Shown: positions 26,798-42,088, counted from the stretch's first letter. The stretch: 64,000 nt of DNA from an uncultured Gemmatimonadales bacterium (GCA_963711915.1 CAVQGA010000016.1:2143-66142); one strand, 5' to 3'. The notes: generated from the sequence alone by a model not told the origin. Numbers and translations are program-made.

Positions 26798-27205
26798 ATG
26801 ACCGCACCCGCAACCACCCCCGCAAAGGCGCCCAGCGCCAAGCGTGGCAAGAAGGTCGTCGAGTCCGAGGGCGTCGCCCACATCGCGGCCACGTTCAACA
26901 ACCTGCTCATCACGATCACCGACATGAAGGGCAATACCCTCGCGTGGGGATCGGCGGGCAAGGCCGGTTTCAAGGGTTCCAAGAAGTCGACGCCGTTCGC
27001 CGCCACCGTGGCGGCGGAAAATTGCGGGCGCGAGGCCATGAACCTGGGACTCCGGCGCGTGCACGTCCGCGTGCAGGGGCCCGGCAGCGGGCGCGAATCC
27101 GCCATCCAGGCGCTGGCCTCGGTCGGCCTCCGCGTGGTGTCGATCCGCGACGTCACGCCGATTCCTCACAACGGGTGCCGTCCCCCGAAGAAGCGGCGGG
27201 TCTGA
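26798..27205 (+). CDS. rpsK: 30S ribosomal protein S11
   Basis: ..[32 protein letters not shown]-type motifs and [18 protein letters not shown]. Confidence 0.95.
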   Translation: MTAPATTPAKAPSAKRGKKVVESEGVAHIAATFNNLLITITDMKGNTLAWGSAGKAGFKGSKKSTPFAATVAAENCGREAMNLGLRRVHVRVQGPGSGRESAIQALASVGLRVVSIRDVTPIPHNGCRPPKKRRV

Positions 27206-27208
27206 GCC

Positions 27209-27844
27209 ATGTCACGTTACGTCGGCCCCAGCTGCCGCCTCTGCCGCCGCGAAGGCACCAAGCTGTTCCTCAAGGGCACCAAGTGCCTCACCGAGAAGTG
27301 CCCGGTGGAGCGCCGCGCGTACGCCCCGGGCCAGCATGGCCAGACCGGCGGCCGCCAGCGCAAGGCGTCCGAGTACGCCAAGCAGATGCGGGAGAAGCAG
27401 AAGGTGAAGCGGATGTACGGCCTGACCGAGCGCCAGTTCCGGAACACGTTCGACGGGGTCACTCGCGAGCCCGGCGTAAAGGGCACCAACTTGTTGGTGG
27501 CCCTCGAGAGCCGGCTGGACAACATCGTGTACCGGATGGGCTTCGCCTCGAGCCGCAAGGCGGCGCGCCAGCTCATCTCGCACGGGCACGTCGAAGTGAA
27601 CGGCGGGCGGGTGGACATTCCGGCCTACCGGGTCGTGCCGGGCGAAGAGGTCCGCCTGGCCCCGTCGAGCCGCGAGCTCGTGGCGGTCAAGCTGGCCCAG
27701 GAAGCGGCGTCGCGGGGCCAGCCGGTCTCGTGGATCTCTGTGGATACGGACAAGGCCGCCGGACGGGTCACGGAGCGCCCGACCCGCGAGGCCATCCCGA
27801 TCAACGCGCAAGAACAGCTCATCGTCGAGCTCTACTCGAAGTGA
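27209..27844 (+). CDS. rpsD: 30S ribosomal protein S4
   Basis: MSRYVGPSCRLCRREGTKLFLKG.. Confidence 0.95.
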   Translation: MSRYVGPSCRLCRREGTKLFLKGTKCLTEKCPVERRAYAPGQHGQTGGRQRKASEYAKQMREKQKVKRMYGLTERQFRNTFDGVTREPGVKGTNLLVALESRLDNIVYRMGFASSRKAARQLISHGHVEVNGGRVDIPAYRVVPGEEVRLAPSSRELVAVKLAQEAASRGQPVSWISVDTDKAAGRVTERPTREAIPINAQEQLIVELYSK

Positions 27845-27846
27845 CC

Positions 27847-28905
27847 ATGACCATTGACCTGACCGGGTTGGTCCGCCCGCACCTCGTCGAGATGACGAAG
27901 CGGGACGACAACCCCAACGCCGCCGAATTCCGACTCCAGCCGCTGGAGCGGGGCTTCGGCTACACGCTCGGCAACTCGCTTCGTCGGCTGCTGCTCTCCT
28001 CGCTCCGCGGCAGCGCGGTGTGGGGCTTCCGGCTCGACGGCGTAGTGCACGAGCACCAGACCGTCCAGGGCGTGCTCGAAGACGTGCACCAGGTCGTGCA
28101 GCGCCTCAAGGCGCTCACGCTCGTGCTCGCCGAAGACGTGGACGAGGCTGTGCTGCACATCCGTCGCGACGGCGCGGGGCCGGTCTACGCCCGCGACATC
28201 CAGGAGCACGGCTCGGTCACCGTCAAGAACCCCGACCACCTGCTGTTCACCCTCCAGGACGACCGCGAGGTCAGCATGGAGCTGTACGTGAACAAGGGCC
28301 GGGGCTACGTCGAGGCCGAGATGCACCCGGCCGACCGGTCGCTGCCGGTGGACCTGGTGCGGATCGACGCCATCTACAATCCGGTGCGGCGCGCCAACTT
28401 CGCGGTGGCCGAGACCCGCGTCGGCCAGCGCACCGACTACGACCGGCTGACGGTCCAGGTCGAGACCAACGGCACCATCACGCCCGAGGACGCCATCGCC
28501 TACGCGGCCGCCCTCGCGCAGGTCCACTTCCAGTACTTCGTGGACTTCGGCAAGGTGCCCACCATGCGTGACGCCGGCGCGGCCGCCGGCGCGGCCAACG
28601 GCGCCAACCTGCGCCAGCGCCTGGCCCGGCCGATCGACGACTTCGGCCTGTCCGTGCGCTCGCTCAACTCGCTCAAGAACTCGAACATCCGGACCCTCAA
28701 GGATCTGGTCGAGTTCACCGAGGACGACCTGCTCAAGGTCAAGAACGTGGGCGAGAAGGCGTTGAGCGAGATCGCCGAGCTGCTGGGCCGCGAAGGGCTC
28801 AACTTCGGGATGGCATTCGAGGATGCGGACGGCGAGCTGCACGTGCTGCGGCCGGGCGTTCCTCCCGCCGCCCACCCGGCCGCCGGCAGCGGAGAGGGCC
28901 TCTAA
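27847..28905 (+). CDS. rpoA: DNA-directed RNA polymerase subunit alpha
   Basis: FRLQPLERGFGYTLGNSLRRLLLSSL, and the CTD motif LSVRSLNSLKNSNIRTLKDL. Confidence 0.95.
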   Translation: MTIDLTGLVRPHLVEMTKRDDNPNAAEFRLQPLERGFGYTLGNSLRRLLLSSLRGSAVWGFRLDGVVHEHQTVQGVLEDVHQVVQRLKALTLVLAEDVDEAVLHIRRDGAGPVYARDIQEHGSVTVKNPDHLLFTLQDDREVSMELYVNKGRGYVEAEMHPADRSLPVDLVRIDAIYNPVRRANFAVAETRVGQRTDYDRLTVQVETNGTITPEDAIAYAAALAQVHFQYFVDFGKVPTMRDAGAAAGAANGANLRQRLARPIDDFGLSVRSLNSLKNSNIRTLKDLVEFTEDDLLKVKNVGEKALSEIAELLGREGLNFGMAFEDADGELHVLRPGVPPAAHPAAGSGEGL

Positions 28906-29261
28906 TGCGGCACCGCGCCAAGGGACGCCAGCTGTCCCGCACGTCCAGCCACCGGCGCGCCCTGCTCAACAACATGGCCACCAGCCTGTTCGAGCACGGC
29001 CGGGTGATCACCACCGAGGCCAAGGCCAAGGAGCTTCGGCCGTTCGCCGAGAAGCTCATCACGCTGGCCCGCCGCGGAGACCTGCACGCGCGCCGGCTGG
29101 TGGAGCGCAAGATCAAGTCGCGGGAGACGCTGTCGCGCCTGTTCACCGAGATCGGCCCGCGCTTCGCCGCGCGCCCCGGCGGCTACACCCGGATCCTCAA
29201 GCTGGGCCATCGCGAAGGCGATGGGGCGGACATCGCCCGCATCGAGTTGCTCTCCGAGTGA
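28905..29261 (+). CDS. rplQ: 50S ribosomal protein L17
   Basis: MRHRAKGRQLSRTSSHRRALLNNM.. Confidence 0.95.
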   Translation: MRHRAKGRQLSRTSSHRRALLNNMATSLFEHGRVITTEAKAKELRPFAEKLITLARRGDLHARRLVERKIKSRETLSRLFTEIGPRFAARPGGYTRILKLGHREGDGADIARIELLSE

Positions 29262-29290
29262 CCGGCGTCTCGGCTCACGGAAATACGAAA

Positions 29291-29314
29291 GGGGACCCTC
29301 GGGTCCCCTTTTTT
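29291..29314. terminator. rho-independent terminator, probably bidirectional (rplQ on +, rpmB on -)
   Basis: GGGGACC-ctcg-GGTCCCC followed by TTTTTT, with an A-rich stretch on the 5' side. Confidence 0.75.
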
Positions 29315-29350
29315 CAGGCCGGTCGGAGCGCCCGAGCCGGCGCGACTGCC

Positions 29351-29560
29351 TCAGACGCTCGCGACCGCCTTGGGTGCCTTGGCGATCCGGTTACTCTTCA
29401 GGCACTGCGTGCACACCCGTACACGCCTGGGCGCGCCCTCGACCAGCACCCGGACGGTCTGCAGATTCGGGTACCAGCGGCGCTTGGTCCTGTTGTTGGC
29501 GTGGCTGACGTTGTTGCCGGTGACCGGCCCCTTGCCGCACACGGTGCACACCCGTGCCAT
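29351..29560 (-). CDS. rpmB: 50S ribosomal protein L28
   Basis: [34 protein letters not shown]. An AAGGA RBS lies 9 nt before ATG 29560. Confidence 0.9.
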   Translation of the reverse strand: MARVCTVCGKGPVTGNNVSHANNRTKRRWYPNLQTVRVLVEGAPRRVRVCTQCLKSNRIAKAPKAVASV

Positions 29561-29677
29561 AAATTCCATCCTTCGGTGAGTCGAATCCGGTGAGTCGGTG
29601 CGTCCAATCGAGCCGGCTTCCAGCCCGGGCGGGCGGCACGCCGGAAGCCTGCAAACCTAACGGATTGAAGCCGATGA

Positions 29678-30694
<1,017 letters not shown>

Positions 30695-30704
30695 CGGGCC
30701 GCGC

Positions 30705-31641
30705 ATGAGAGTGCTGGTCACCGGCGCCGACGGGTTCGTGGGTCGGTATCTGGTGCGGCATCTCCTGCAGGCGGGCGATCAGGTCGCGGCGGCGTGTCGC
30801 CCCGGGGGGCCGGTGGTCGACTGGAGCGTTGGCGCTCCGGCGGGTGCCGGGGTCACCGTGCTCCCGCTCGAGCTCGGCGAGGACGCCTCCGTCGCCGCCA
30901 CGCTCGACTGGCGGCCCGAGGCGATCGCCCATCTCGCCGCCGTGCCGTCGGTGCGGGAGGCCCGCCAGGATCCGGGTGCCGCATGGGAGGTCAATGCCGC
31001 CGGGACCGCCCGCCTGGCCGCGGCGGTGGCGGTGAGGCGGGAGGCGGGTGATGCCGATCCGATCTTCCTGCTCGTCTCCACCGGCGAGGTGTACGGGGAC
31101 GCGCCGGCCCGCCTCCGGGTCGAGACCGATCCGGTGCTCCCGATCTCGCCGTACGCCGCGAGCAAGGTGGGCGCCGAGGTGGCGGCGCTCGAGACCTGGC
31201 GCCGGACGGGCCTGCGGGTGCTCGTGGCCCGGCCGTTTCCGCACACCGGGGCGGGGCAGACGTCGCAGTACGTCGTCCCGGCCTTCGTGGAACGGCTGCG
31301 CGCCGCGCGGGCGTCCGGCGCCCGGACCGCCGCGACCGGCAACCTGTCACCGGTCCGCGACCTGCTCGATGTCCGCGACGTGGTGCGCGCCTATCGCGCG
31401 CTGCTCGCGCGCGGCGTGGCGGGCGAGATCTACAACGTCGCGCGCGGTGACGGGATCTCCCTGGCCGAGCTGTTCGCGCGGCTCGCGGCGATGATCGGCA
31501 CGGCTGCGGTGCCCGAGCCGTCGGCCGAGCTGGTGCGGGCCGCCGACATTCCCCATCTCGTCGGTGATTCGACTAAACTCCGGCGCGCCGCGGGCTGGGC
31601 GCCGGCGATCTCATTCGAGCAGACACTCCGGGAACTGGTCG

Positions 31642-31658
<17 letters not shown>
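30705..31658 (+). CDS. NAD-dependent epimerase/dehydratase-family reductase, likely GDP-4-dehydro-6-deoxy-D-mannose reductase (Rmd-like)
   Basis: [11 protein letters not shown] and PYAASK (YxxxK). The position directly after gmd supports the call. Confidence 0.65.
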
Positions 31659-34908
<3,250 letters not shown>

Positions 34909-35903
34909 CCGCCCGCGACCCCGAGTTCGCCGGCGCGCTTCGGGCCAGGCTTCGGGGCGAGGTGCGGGAGGACGAGTCGCTGGCGCGGTACTCGACCTAC
35001 CGCATCGGCGGCCCGGCGACCGTCGTGCTCCCGGCCGGTCCCGAGGACGTGGGGCTGGCGCTTCGTCTGGCACACGAGGCCGGCGTCCCCACCTTCGTGG
35101 TCGGGCTGGGCTCCAACATCCTGCTGCCGGACGAGGGGCTCGAAGCGCTCGTGATCCGGCTCGGGAAGGGGCTGGACGAGCTGCGGCAGGATGGCGAGCG
35201 CTGGACCGTGGGGGCGGGGCTGCCCGCTCCCCTGGCCGCGCGCCGAACGGCCGGCGCGGGGTTCGCCGGGCTCCACATCTTCGTGGGGGTGCCGGGCACC
35301 GTCGGAGGAGGGATCTTCATGAACGCCGGCTGTCACGGCGGGGATTGGGCGACGGTGGTCGAGCGGGTCCTGGTGGTCGACGCCACCGGACAGGATCGCG
35401 TTCTCGACCGAGACGAAGTCCCGTTCACCTATCGGCGGAGCGGGCTCGAGGGTCGCGTCGTGCTGGAGACGGTCGTCCGCCTTCGGGCCGAGCCTCTCGG
35501 CCGGCTCGAAGAGCAGATCGCGGAGATGTTCGACTGGCGGCAGCGCGGCACGCCGTTCAACCAGCCGTGCTGCGGCAGCGTGTTCAAGAACCCCTCCGGC
35601 CCCAGTTGGAAGCGGGAGGACGGCCCCCGCACGGCGGGACAGCTGGTCGAGGCGGCGGGCCTCAAGGGCACGGCGATCGGCGGGGCCCAGGTCTCGCCCA
35701 TGCACGCCAACTACTTCGTGAACGCGGGCGGGGCCACGGCGGCGGACGTGCGCGCGCTGATCCAGCGAGCTCAGGACGAGGTGGAAGCGCGGTTCGGCGT
35801 GCGCCTGGAGCCGGAGGTGAAGCTGATCGGGTGCTGGGGGGAGTATCTCAATCCGGAGTGAACGGCGTGCGGGCGCGAAAGGCCGGCCCCGCGACCGGGC
35901 CAT

Positions 35904-35985
35904 GTCATCCCGAGCGGAGCGAGGGACCTTCCCGGGCCGAGTTCGAACTGCGGGGGAGAGGGTCCCTCGCTCCGCTCGGGATGAC
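35904..35985. repeat. REP-like palindromic element, copy 4 (25-bp perfect arms, 32-nt spacer)
   Basis: Left arm gtcatcccgagcggagcgagggacc (35904-35928); the right arm (35961-35985) is its exact reverse complement. The spacer shares gggccgagttcgaac with copy 1. Confidence 0.9.
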
Positions 35986-36035
35986 ATTCGGGCGTGAGCG
36001 TGACTTCTCCGGCCACCATTCAACCATCACCGCCC

Positions 36036-36626
36036 ATGCCCGACTATTTCGTCCATGAATCCAGCTACGTCGACGACGGGGCCCGCATCGGTCGCGGCAC
36101 GAAGATCTGGCATTTCTGCCACATTCTGCCGGGAGCGGTGATCGGCGAGGGCTGCAACCTGGGCCAGAACGTCGTCGTCATGGGCGGCACCCGGCTCGGG
36201 AACAACGTGAAGGTCCAGAACAACGTCTCGGTCTACGAGGGCGTGACCCTGGAAGACGACGTGTTCTGCGGCCCCAGCTGCGTGTTCACCAACGTGGTCA
36301 ACCCGCGGAGCCACGTCTCCCGGAAGGCGGAGTATCAGCCCACGCTGGTCAGGCGGGGGGCCACCATCGGCGCCAACGCCACGATCGTCTGCGGCGCCAC
36401 GCTCGGAGAATACAGCTTCATCGGGGCGGGGGCCGTCGTTCGGGGCGTGGTTCCGGCCTACGCGCTGATGGTCGGTGTGCCGGCGCGGAGGGTGGGCTGG
36501 ATGTGTCAGTGCGGGGTCCGGCTCGATCTCCGGGACGGCGCGGCGGCGTGCGGCGCGTGCGGTGCCACCTATCGCGAGGAGGGGGGCCTCCTCCGCCAGA
36601 TTGACCCTCCCGGCCCCCACGGCTAA
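36036..36626 (+). CDS. left-handed beta-helix (hexapeptide) sugar N-acetyltransferase (WbpD/WlbB-like)
   Basis: Hexapeptide repeats ([36 protein letters not shown]). It neighbours a DegT-type aminotransferase. Confidence 0.8.
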   Translation: MPDYFVHESSYVDDGARIGRGTKIWHFCHILPGAVIGEGCNLGQNVVVMGGTRLGNNVKVQNNVSVYEGVTLEDDVFCGPSCVFTNVVNPRSHVSRKAEYQPTLVRRGATIGANATIVCGATLGEYSFIGAGAVVRGVVPAYALMVGVPARRVGWMCQCGVRLDLRDGAAACGACGATYREEGGLLRQIDPPGPHG

Positions 36627-36718
36627 GTTACACGGCTGCCGTGGGTTCCAGCTTTCGGCTACGCCCGTGGCTCGGCCGCTCCGGCCGACGCGCGGGCGCT
36701 TCCACATGGACGGTACCA

Positions 36719-37834
36719 GTGAACGTACCTCTGCTCGACCTCGTCGCTCAGTATCGCAGCATCAAAGACGAGGTGCTCCCGGCCGTGATGGCCGTGATCG
36801 AGCGCCAGGCCTTCATCATGGGCGCGGAAGTGGGACAGCTCGAGCAGGCCGTCGCGGCGCTCTCGGGAACGAAGCACGCCATTGCGTGCGCCAGCGGCAC
36901 GGACGCGCTCCTGCTCCCGCTCAAAGCGCTGGATCTGCAGCCGGGGGACGAGGTCATCACAACTCCGTTCACCTTCTTCGCCACCGCAGGCGCCATCCAC
37001 AACGCGGGCGGGACGCCGGTGTTCGTGGACATCGATCCGTCGACCTTCAACATCGCGCCGGCGGCGATCGAGGCGGCGATCACTCCGCGTACCCGTGCCA
37101 TCGTCGCCGTGGACCTCTTCGGCCAGATGGCGGCCATCGAGCTGCTGGTCCCCCTGGCCGCGCGGCACGGCATCGCGCTGATCGAAGACGCGGCGCAGTC
37201 CATCGGCGCGCGCCGCAAGGTGGAGGGGACCTGGCGCGTGGCCGGCGAGCTCGCCACCGTGGGCACGCTGTCGTTCTTTCCCAGCAAGAACCTGGGTGCG
37301 TTCGGCGACGGCGGCATGATGGTGACCCAGGATGACGGGCTGGCCGAGCGGCTGCGGCGGCTCCGGCTGCACGGCGGCAGCAAGCACTATTTCCACGAGG
37401 AGGTGGGCTTCAACAGCCGGCTCGACACCCTGCACGCGGCCGTGCTCCTGGCCAAGCTCCCGCACCTGGCGGAATGGAGCGCGGCCCGCGCTCGGCATGC
37501 CGCCCGATACACCGAAGCGTTCGCCGGCCATCCGGACATCTGCCCCCCGCGGACCGACCCGGCCAACGAGCACATCTTCAACCAGTACACGCTCCGGGTC
37601 CCGCGGCGCGACGAGCTGCAGGCCCATCTCAAGACGCACGGCATCGGCAACTCGATCTACTATCCGCTGTCCCTGCACCTGCAGCCCTGTTTCGCCCACC
37701 TGGGCTACCGGGCCGGGAGCCTGCCGCGCTCGGAGGCCGCCATGAGAGAAGTGATCTCGCTCCCGGTCTTTCCGGAGCTCACCGAGGCCCAGCAGCAGGC
37801 GGTCATCGACGGCGTGCTCGGGTTCTACGCATGA
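36719..37834 (+). CDS. DegT/DnrJ/EryC1/StrS-family sugar aminotransferase
   Basis: VPLLDLVAQYRSIKDEV, GTDALLL and the PLP-Lys context FFPSKNLGAFGDGG. Confidence 0.85.
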   Translation: MNVPLLDLVAQYRSIKDEVLPAVMAVIERQAFIMGAEVGQLEQAVAALSGTKHAIACASGTDALLLPLKALDLQPGDEVITTPFTFFATAGAIHNAGGTPVFVDIDPSTFNIAPAAIEAAITPRTRAIVAVDLFGQMAAIELLVPLAARHGIALIEDAAQSIGARRKVEGTWRVAGELATVGTLSFFPSKNLGAFGDGGMMVTQDDGLAERLRRLRLHGGSKHYFHEEVGFNSRLDTLHAAVLLAKLPHLAEWSAARARHAARYTEAFAGHPDICPPRTDPANEHIFNQYTLRVPRRDELQAHLKTHGIGNSIYYPLSLHLQPCFAHLGYRAGSLPRSEAAMREVISLPVFPELTEAQQQAVIDGVLGFYA

Positions 37835-39117
37835 GCGTCGCCCAGGACCTGGTCGGGCGGGCCGAGCGCCGCGAGGCGCTGTTCGGCATCGTGGGCCTGG
37901 GCTACGTCGGGCTTCCGCTGGCGGTCGAGCTGGCCGACGCGGGCTTCCGCGTGCTCGGCTTCGACATCCAGCAGCACGTCGTGGACGGGCTCAATGCCGG
38001 GCACTCGCACGTGAAGGACGTGACCGACGCCCAGCTCAAGGCGGTGGTCACGGCCGGGCGCTTCAGCGCGACCACCGACATGCTCCGCCTGGCGGAGCCC
38101 GACGCCATCTCGATCTGCGTCCCGACGCCGCTCTCCAAGTTCAAGGACCCGGACGTCAGCTTCATCGTGGCCGCCACCGAGGCGGTGAAGCGCACGCTCC
38201 GCCGCGGGCAGGCGATCATCCTGGAGAGCACGACCTACCCGGGCACCACGCGCGAGATCCTGCTTCCGGCGCTCGAGAGCACCGGACTCACGGTGGGCGA
38301 AGACTTCTTCCTGGCGTTCAGCCCCGAGCGCGTCGACCCAGGCAATCGGACCTACGGAACCCGGAACACGCCCAAGGTCGTCGGCGGCATCACCGACGAC
38401 TGCCGGCGCGTGGCCGTGGCGCTCTACCAGCCCGCGATCGACACCCTCGTGCCGGTGTCGACCACCGAGGCGGCCGAGCTGGTGAAGCTGCTCGAGAACA
38501 CCTTCCGCAGCGTGAACATCGGGCTCGTGAACGAGATGGCCATCGTCTGCGACAAGCTCGGCGTGAACGTCTGGGAGGTCATCGAGGCGGCGTCCACCAA
38601 GCCATTCGGCTTCATGAAGTTTCTCCCGGGCCCGGGGCTCGGCGGCCACTGCATCCCGATCGACCCCCACTATCTCGCCTGGAAGATGCGCGGGCTCAAC
38701 TACAAGACCCGGTTCATCGACCTGGCCGGCGAGCTCAACACCGAGATGCCGCTGTTCTGGGTCCGGAAGGTCGCCGAGGCGATGAACGACCACGGCAAGG
38801 CGGTCCGCGGGGCCTCGGTGCTGGTGTTGGGTGTCGCCTACAAGCGCGATATCGACGACATCCGGGAAAGCCCCGCCATGGACATCATCCGGCTGCTGGA
38901 GGGGCAGGGCGCGCGAGTTTCCTACTCCGATCCGCACGTGCCGGTCTTTGCCGAGAATGGGCACGAGTTTCGCTCGGTGCCGCTCAGCCCGGAAACCGTG
39001 GCTGCAGCGGATTGCATCATGATCGTCACCGACCACTCGAGCGTGGATTATCACATGATCCGGCGGCACGCCAGACTGGTGGTCGACACTCGCAACGCAA
39101 TGCCGAAAGAGGACTGA
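37831..39117 (+). CDS. nucleotide-sugar dehydrogenase (UDP-GlcNAc/ManNAc 6-dehydrogenase, WbpA/WecC-like)
   Basis: IVGLGYVGLPLAVELA, the catalytic GLGGHCIP motif, and an ATGA overlap with the upstream gene. Confidence 0.85.
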   Translation: MSVAQDLVGRAERREALFGIVGLGYVGLPLAVELADAGFRVLGFDIQQHVVDGLNAGHSHVKDVTDAQLKAVVTAGRFSATTDMLRLAEPDAISICVPTPLSKFKDPDVSFIVAATEAVKRTLRRGQAIILESTTYPGTTREILLPALESTGLTVGEDFFLAFSPERVDPGNRTYGTRNTPKVVGGITDDCRRVAVALYQPAIDTLVPVSTTEAAELVKLLENTFRSVNIGLVNEMAIVCDKLGVNVWEVIEAASTKPFGFMKFLPGPGLGGHCIPIDPHYLAWKMRGLNYKTRFIDLAGELNTEMPLFWVRKVAEAMNDHGKAVRGASVLVLGVAYKRDIDDIRESPAMDIIRLLEGQGARVSYSDPHVPVFAENGHEFRSVPLSPETVAAADCIMIVTDHSSVDYHMIRRHARLVVDTRNAMPKED

Positions 39118-39118
39118 C

Positions 39119-40432
39119 ATGCACGTGGCGGTGATCGGAAGCGGCTACGTCGGCCTCGTGGCCGGCGCCTGCCTGGCGGAGACTGGCAACGACGTCGTCT
39201 GCGTGGACAAGGACGCCGAAAAGATCGCTCGGCTGCAGAAGAACGAGATCCCGATCTACGAGCCGGGGCTCGAGCCGATGGTGCGCCGGAACCAGGACGA
39301 GGGCCGCCTCACGTTCACCACCGACCTGGGGTCGGCGGTGAAGGCCGCGCGCGTCGTGTTCATCGCCGTCGGCACGCCGCCGGGAGAGGACGGCTCCGCC
39401 GACCTGCAGCACGTGCTCGGCGTGGCCAAGGAGATCGGCCGCAATCTGAACGGCCACAAGGTCGTCGTCACCAAGTCCACGGTGCCGGTGGGCACCGCCG
39501 AGAAGGTGCGGGCCGCGGTGCGGTCGGAGACCCAGCAGGCGTTCGCGGTCTGCTCCAATCCCGAGTTCCTCAAGGAAGGTGCGGCGATCGAGGACTTCAT
39601 GAAGCCCGATCGCGTCGTGATCGGCGTGGACGAGGACGAGGCGCGCAACGTCATGGGCGAGCTGTACGCGCCGTTCACCCGCCAGGGCGGGAACCGGGTG
39701 CTCTTCATGGACATCGCCTCGGCCGAGGTGACCAAGTACGCGGCCAACGCGATGCTCGCCACGCGCATCTCGTTCATGAATCAGATGGCCCGCTTCTGCG
39801 AGCTGGTCGGGGCCGACGTGAACAATGTGCGCCTCGGCATCGGATCGGACCAGCGTATCGGCCGGGCGTTCCTGTATCCGGGCCCCGGCTACGGCGGCTC
39901 CTGCTTTCCCAAGGACGTGAAGGCGATCATTCACACCGCGGATTCGCTCGGCCTCTCGCTCGACGTGCTCAAGGCGGTCGAGGAGGTGAACGAGGCGCAG
40001 AAGCTGGTGGTGCTCGACAAGACGCTCACGCAGCTCGGGAAGGATCTCTCGGGGAAGATCGTCGGCATCTGGGGTCTGGCCTTCAAGGCCGAGACCGACG
40101 ACATGCGCGAGAGCCCCACGATCCCGCTCATCGAGGGCCTGCTCGCGGCCGGCGCCCGGGTGCAGACCCACGACCCCAAGGCCACCGACTCGGCCCGCAT
40201 GATCTTCGGCGATCGCGTCATGTACGCGGCCGATCCCTACAGCGCGGCGCACGGGGCCGACGCGCTGCTCCTGATGACCGAGTGGTTGGTGTACCGCAAT
40301 CCCGACTTCGAGCGCCTCAGGAAGCTGCTGCGCCGCCCGCTCCTCATCGACGGCCGCAACCTGTACGATCCCGACCGGATGATCGCGCAGGGGTTCGAGT
40401 ACCATGGCATCGGTCGAGGAGGGCGCCGATGA
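39119..40432 (+). CDS. ugd: UDP-glucose 6-dehydrogenase
   Basis: MHVAVIGSGYVGLVAGACLA, GYGGSCFPKD and WGLAFKAETDDMRESP motifs. Confidence 0.9.
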   Translation: MHVAVIGSGYVGLVAGACLAETGNDVVCVDKDAEKIARLQKNEIPIYEPGLEPMVRRNQDEGRLTFTTDLGSAVKAARVVFIAVGTPPGEDGSADLQHVLGVAKEIGRNLNGHKVVVTKSTVPVGTAEKVRAAVRSETQQAFAVCSNPEFLKEGAAIEDFMKPDRVVIGVDEDEARNVMGELYAPFTRQGGNRVLFMDIASAEVTKYAANAMLATRISFMNQMARFCELVGADVNNVRLGIGSDQRIGRAFLYPGPGYGGSCFPKDVKAIIHTADSLGLSLDVLKAVEEVNEAQKLVVLDKTLTQLGKDLSGKIVGIWGLAFKAETDDMRESPTIPLIEGLLAAGARVQTHDPKATDSARMIFGDRVMYAADPYSAAHGADALLLMTEWLVYRNPDFERLRKLLRRPLLIDGRNLYDPDRMIAQGFEYHGIGRGGRR

Positions 40433-41397
40433 CCCGAGTCCTCGTCACCGGCGCCGCGGGGTTCATCGGGTCGCATCTGGTCGAAGCCCTGGCGCGCCGC
40501 GGCGACGAGGTGATCGGGATCGACAACTTCGACGGCTTCTATCCGCGGGCCATGAAGGAGCGGAACCTGTGCGAGATCGGCCGCCCCGCCGGGCTCGCGT
40601 TCTACGAGCAGGACATGCGGGACATCGAAGCGCTCAGGGCCCGCCTCACGCCCGACACTGTCGTCGTCCACCTGGCCGCGCGCGCCGGCGTCCGGCCATC
40701 CCTGGCCGACCCGGTGGGCTACGCCGACATGAACGTCACCGGCACGGCGGCGGTGCTGGAAGCCGCGCGACGCGCCGGCGTGTCGAGGATCGTGTTCGGT
40801 TCGTCCTCCTCGGTCTACGGTGACAGCACCCCGGTGCCGTTCCGGGAGGACGCCGTGGCCATCGAGCCGGTGTCCCCGTACGCCGCGACCAAGCGCGCCG
40901 GCGAGCTCTTTCTGCAGGCCCTCGCGCCGATCCAGGGTTTCCGAAGCGCGGCGCTGCGGTTCTTCACTGTGTACGGGCCGCGCCAGCGGCCCGATCTCGC
41001 CATCCACGCCTTTGCCCGGCGGATGGCCGACGGAGAGGTCCTGACCTTGTTCGGCGACGGCACCCAGTCGCGCGACTACACGTATTGTGACGACATCGTG
41101 GCGGGGGTGGTCGCCGCGGTCGACTGGACGGCGAGCGCCCCGGCCGGCATGGAAGTGTTCAATCTGGGCGGCAACCGGACCGTGCCGACGGGCGTCATGG
41201 TGGCGGAGATCGCCGGGGCCATGGGAATCGAGCCCCGGATTCAGTGGGGACCGATGCAGCCGGGCGACGTGCAGCGCACGGCCGCCGACCTGACCAAATC
41301 GGCCGCGGTGCTGGGCTACGCGCCGAAGACGCCGTTTCCGGAGGGGATCCGCCGGTTCGTCGCCTGGTTCCGGGAGGCCCATGGCCGGGCAGACTGA
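40429..41397 (+). CDS. NAD-dependent epimerase/dehydratase (UDP-glucuronate 4-epimerase-like)
   Basis: VLVTGAAGFIGSHL and PYAATK. ATGA overlap with ugd. Confidence 0.8.
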   Translation: MTRVLVTGAAGFIGSHLVEALARRGDEVIGIDNFDGFYPRAMKERNLCEIGRPAGLAFYEQDMRDIEALRARLTPDTVVVHLAARAGVRPSLADPVGYADMNVTGTAAVLEAARRAGVSRIVFGSSSSVYGDSTPVPFREDAVAIEPVSPYAATKRAGELFLQALAPIQGFRSAALRFFTVYGPRQRPDLAIHAFARRMADGEVLTLFGDGTQSRDYTYCDDIVAGVVAAVDWTASAPAGMEVFNLGGNRTVPTGVMVAEIAGAMGIEPRIQWGPMQPGDVQRTAADLTKSAAVLGYAPKTPFPEGIRRFVAWFREAHGRAD

Positions 41398-42088
41398 GCG
41401 GCTGCTCGGCCGCGCGCGGGACCGGTTCACGGTCCAGGACTACTACGGCGCGATCTACCTGTTGGAGGAGATCGTCGCCTCGGGCCGGGCATTCGCCGAT
41501 GTGCACCACCTGATCGGCGTCAGCCTCTCCCTGCTCGGACGATCGCAGGAGGCGTTGACGCAGTTCGCCCGGGCGCTCGAGCTCAACCCGCGATACCTCG
41601 AAGCGTTGATTCACCAGGGCCTGGTGCTGAGCGAGCTGGGGCGCGCGCGCGAGGCGGAGGAGTCGTTCCGTCGCGCCGCCGACAGCGTCGCGCCGCCGAG
41701 CTCGGGGCTGCCGGCGCCGGTGGCGTCCAAGCTCGCCAACCAGCACGCCGAGCTCGCCGACGCCTACGCGGAAGCGGGCGCCCTCGGCCGGGCCATCGAG
41801 CAGTACGGGCGCGCGCTCGAGCTCGGCCCGGGGTTCCAGGATCTGCGCTATCGGATGGCCCGCGTGATGCTCGAGGCCGGCCGGCCGCTCGAGGCGCGCG
41901 AAGCGCTCGAGCAGGTGCTCGGCGCGCGGCCGAATTTCGTGGATGCCGAGGCCGCGCTGGGCCTCGCCCACTTCCTGAGCGGCGACGGCGTCGGAGCGCG
42001 AGAGGTCTGGCGGTCATGTCTCGCGCGCCGACCCGAGAACGCGCGGGTCGAGGCCTACCTGGCGATGCTGGGACGCACCGGCGCGTGA
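41381..42088 (+). CDS. TPR-repeat protein
   Basis: Repeated A..F..ALELNP / ALELGPGF TPR motifs. Confidence 0.7.
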   Translation: MAGQTERLLGRARDRFTVQDYYGAIYLLEEIVASGRAFADVHHLIGVSLSLLGRSQEALTQFARALELNPRYLEALIHQGLVLSELGRAREAEESFRRAADSVAPPSSGLPAPVASKLANQHAELADAYAEAGALGRAIEQYGRALELGPGFQDLRYRMARVMLEAGRPLEAREALEQVLGARPNFVDAEAALGLAHFLSGDGVGAREVWRSCLARRPENARVEAYLAMLGRTGA

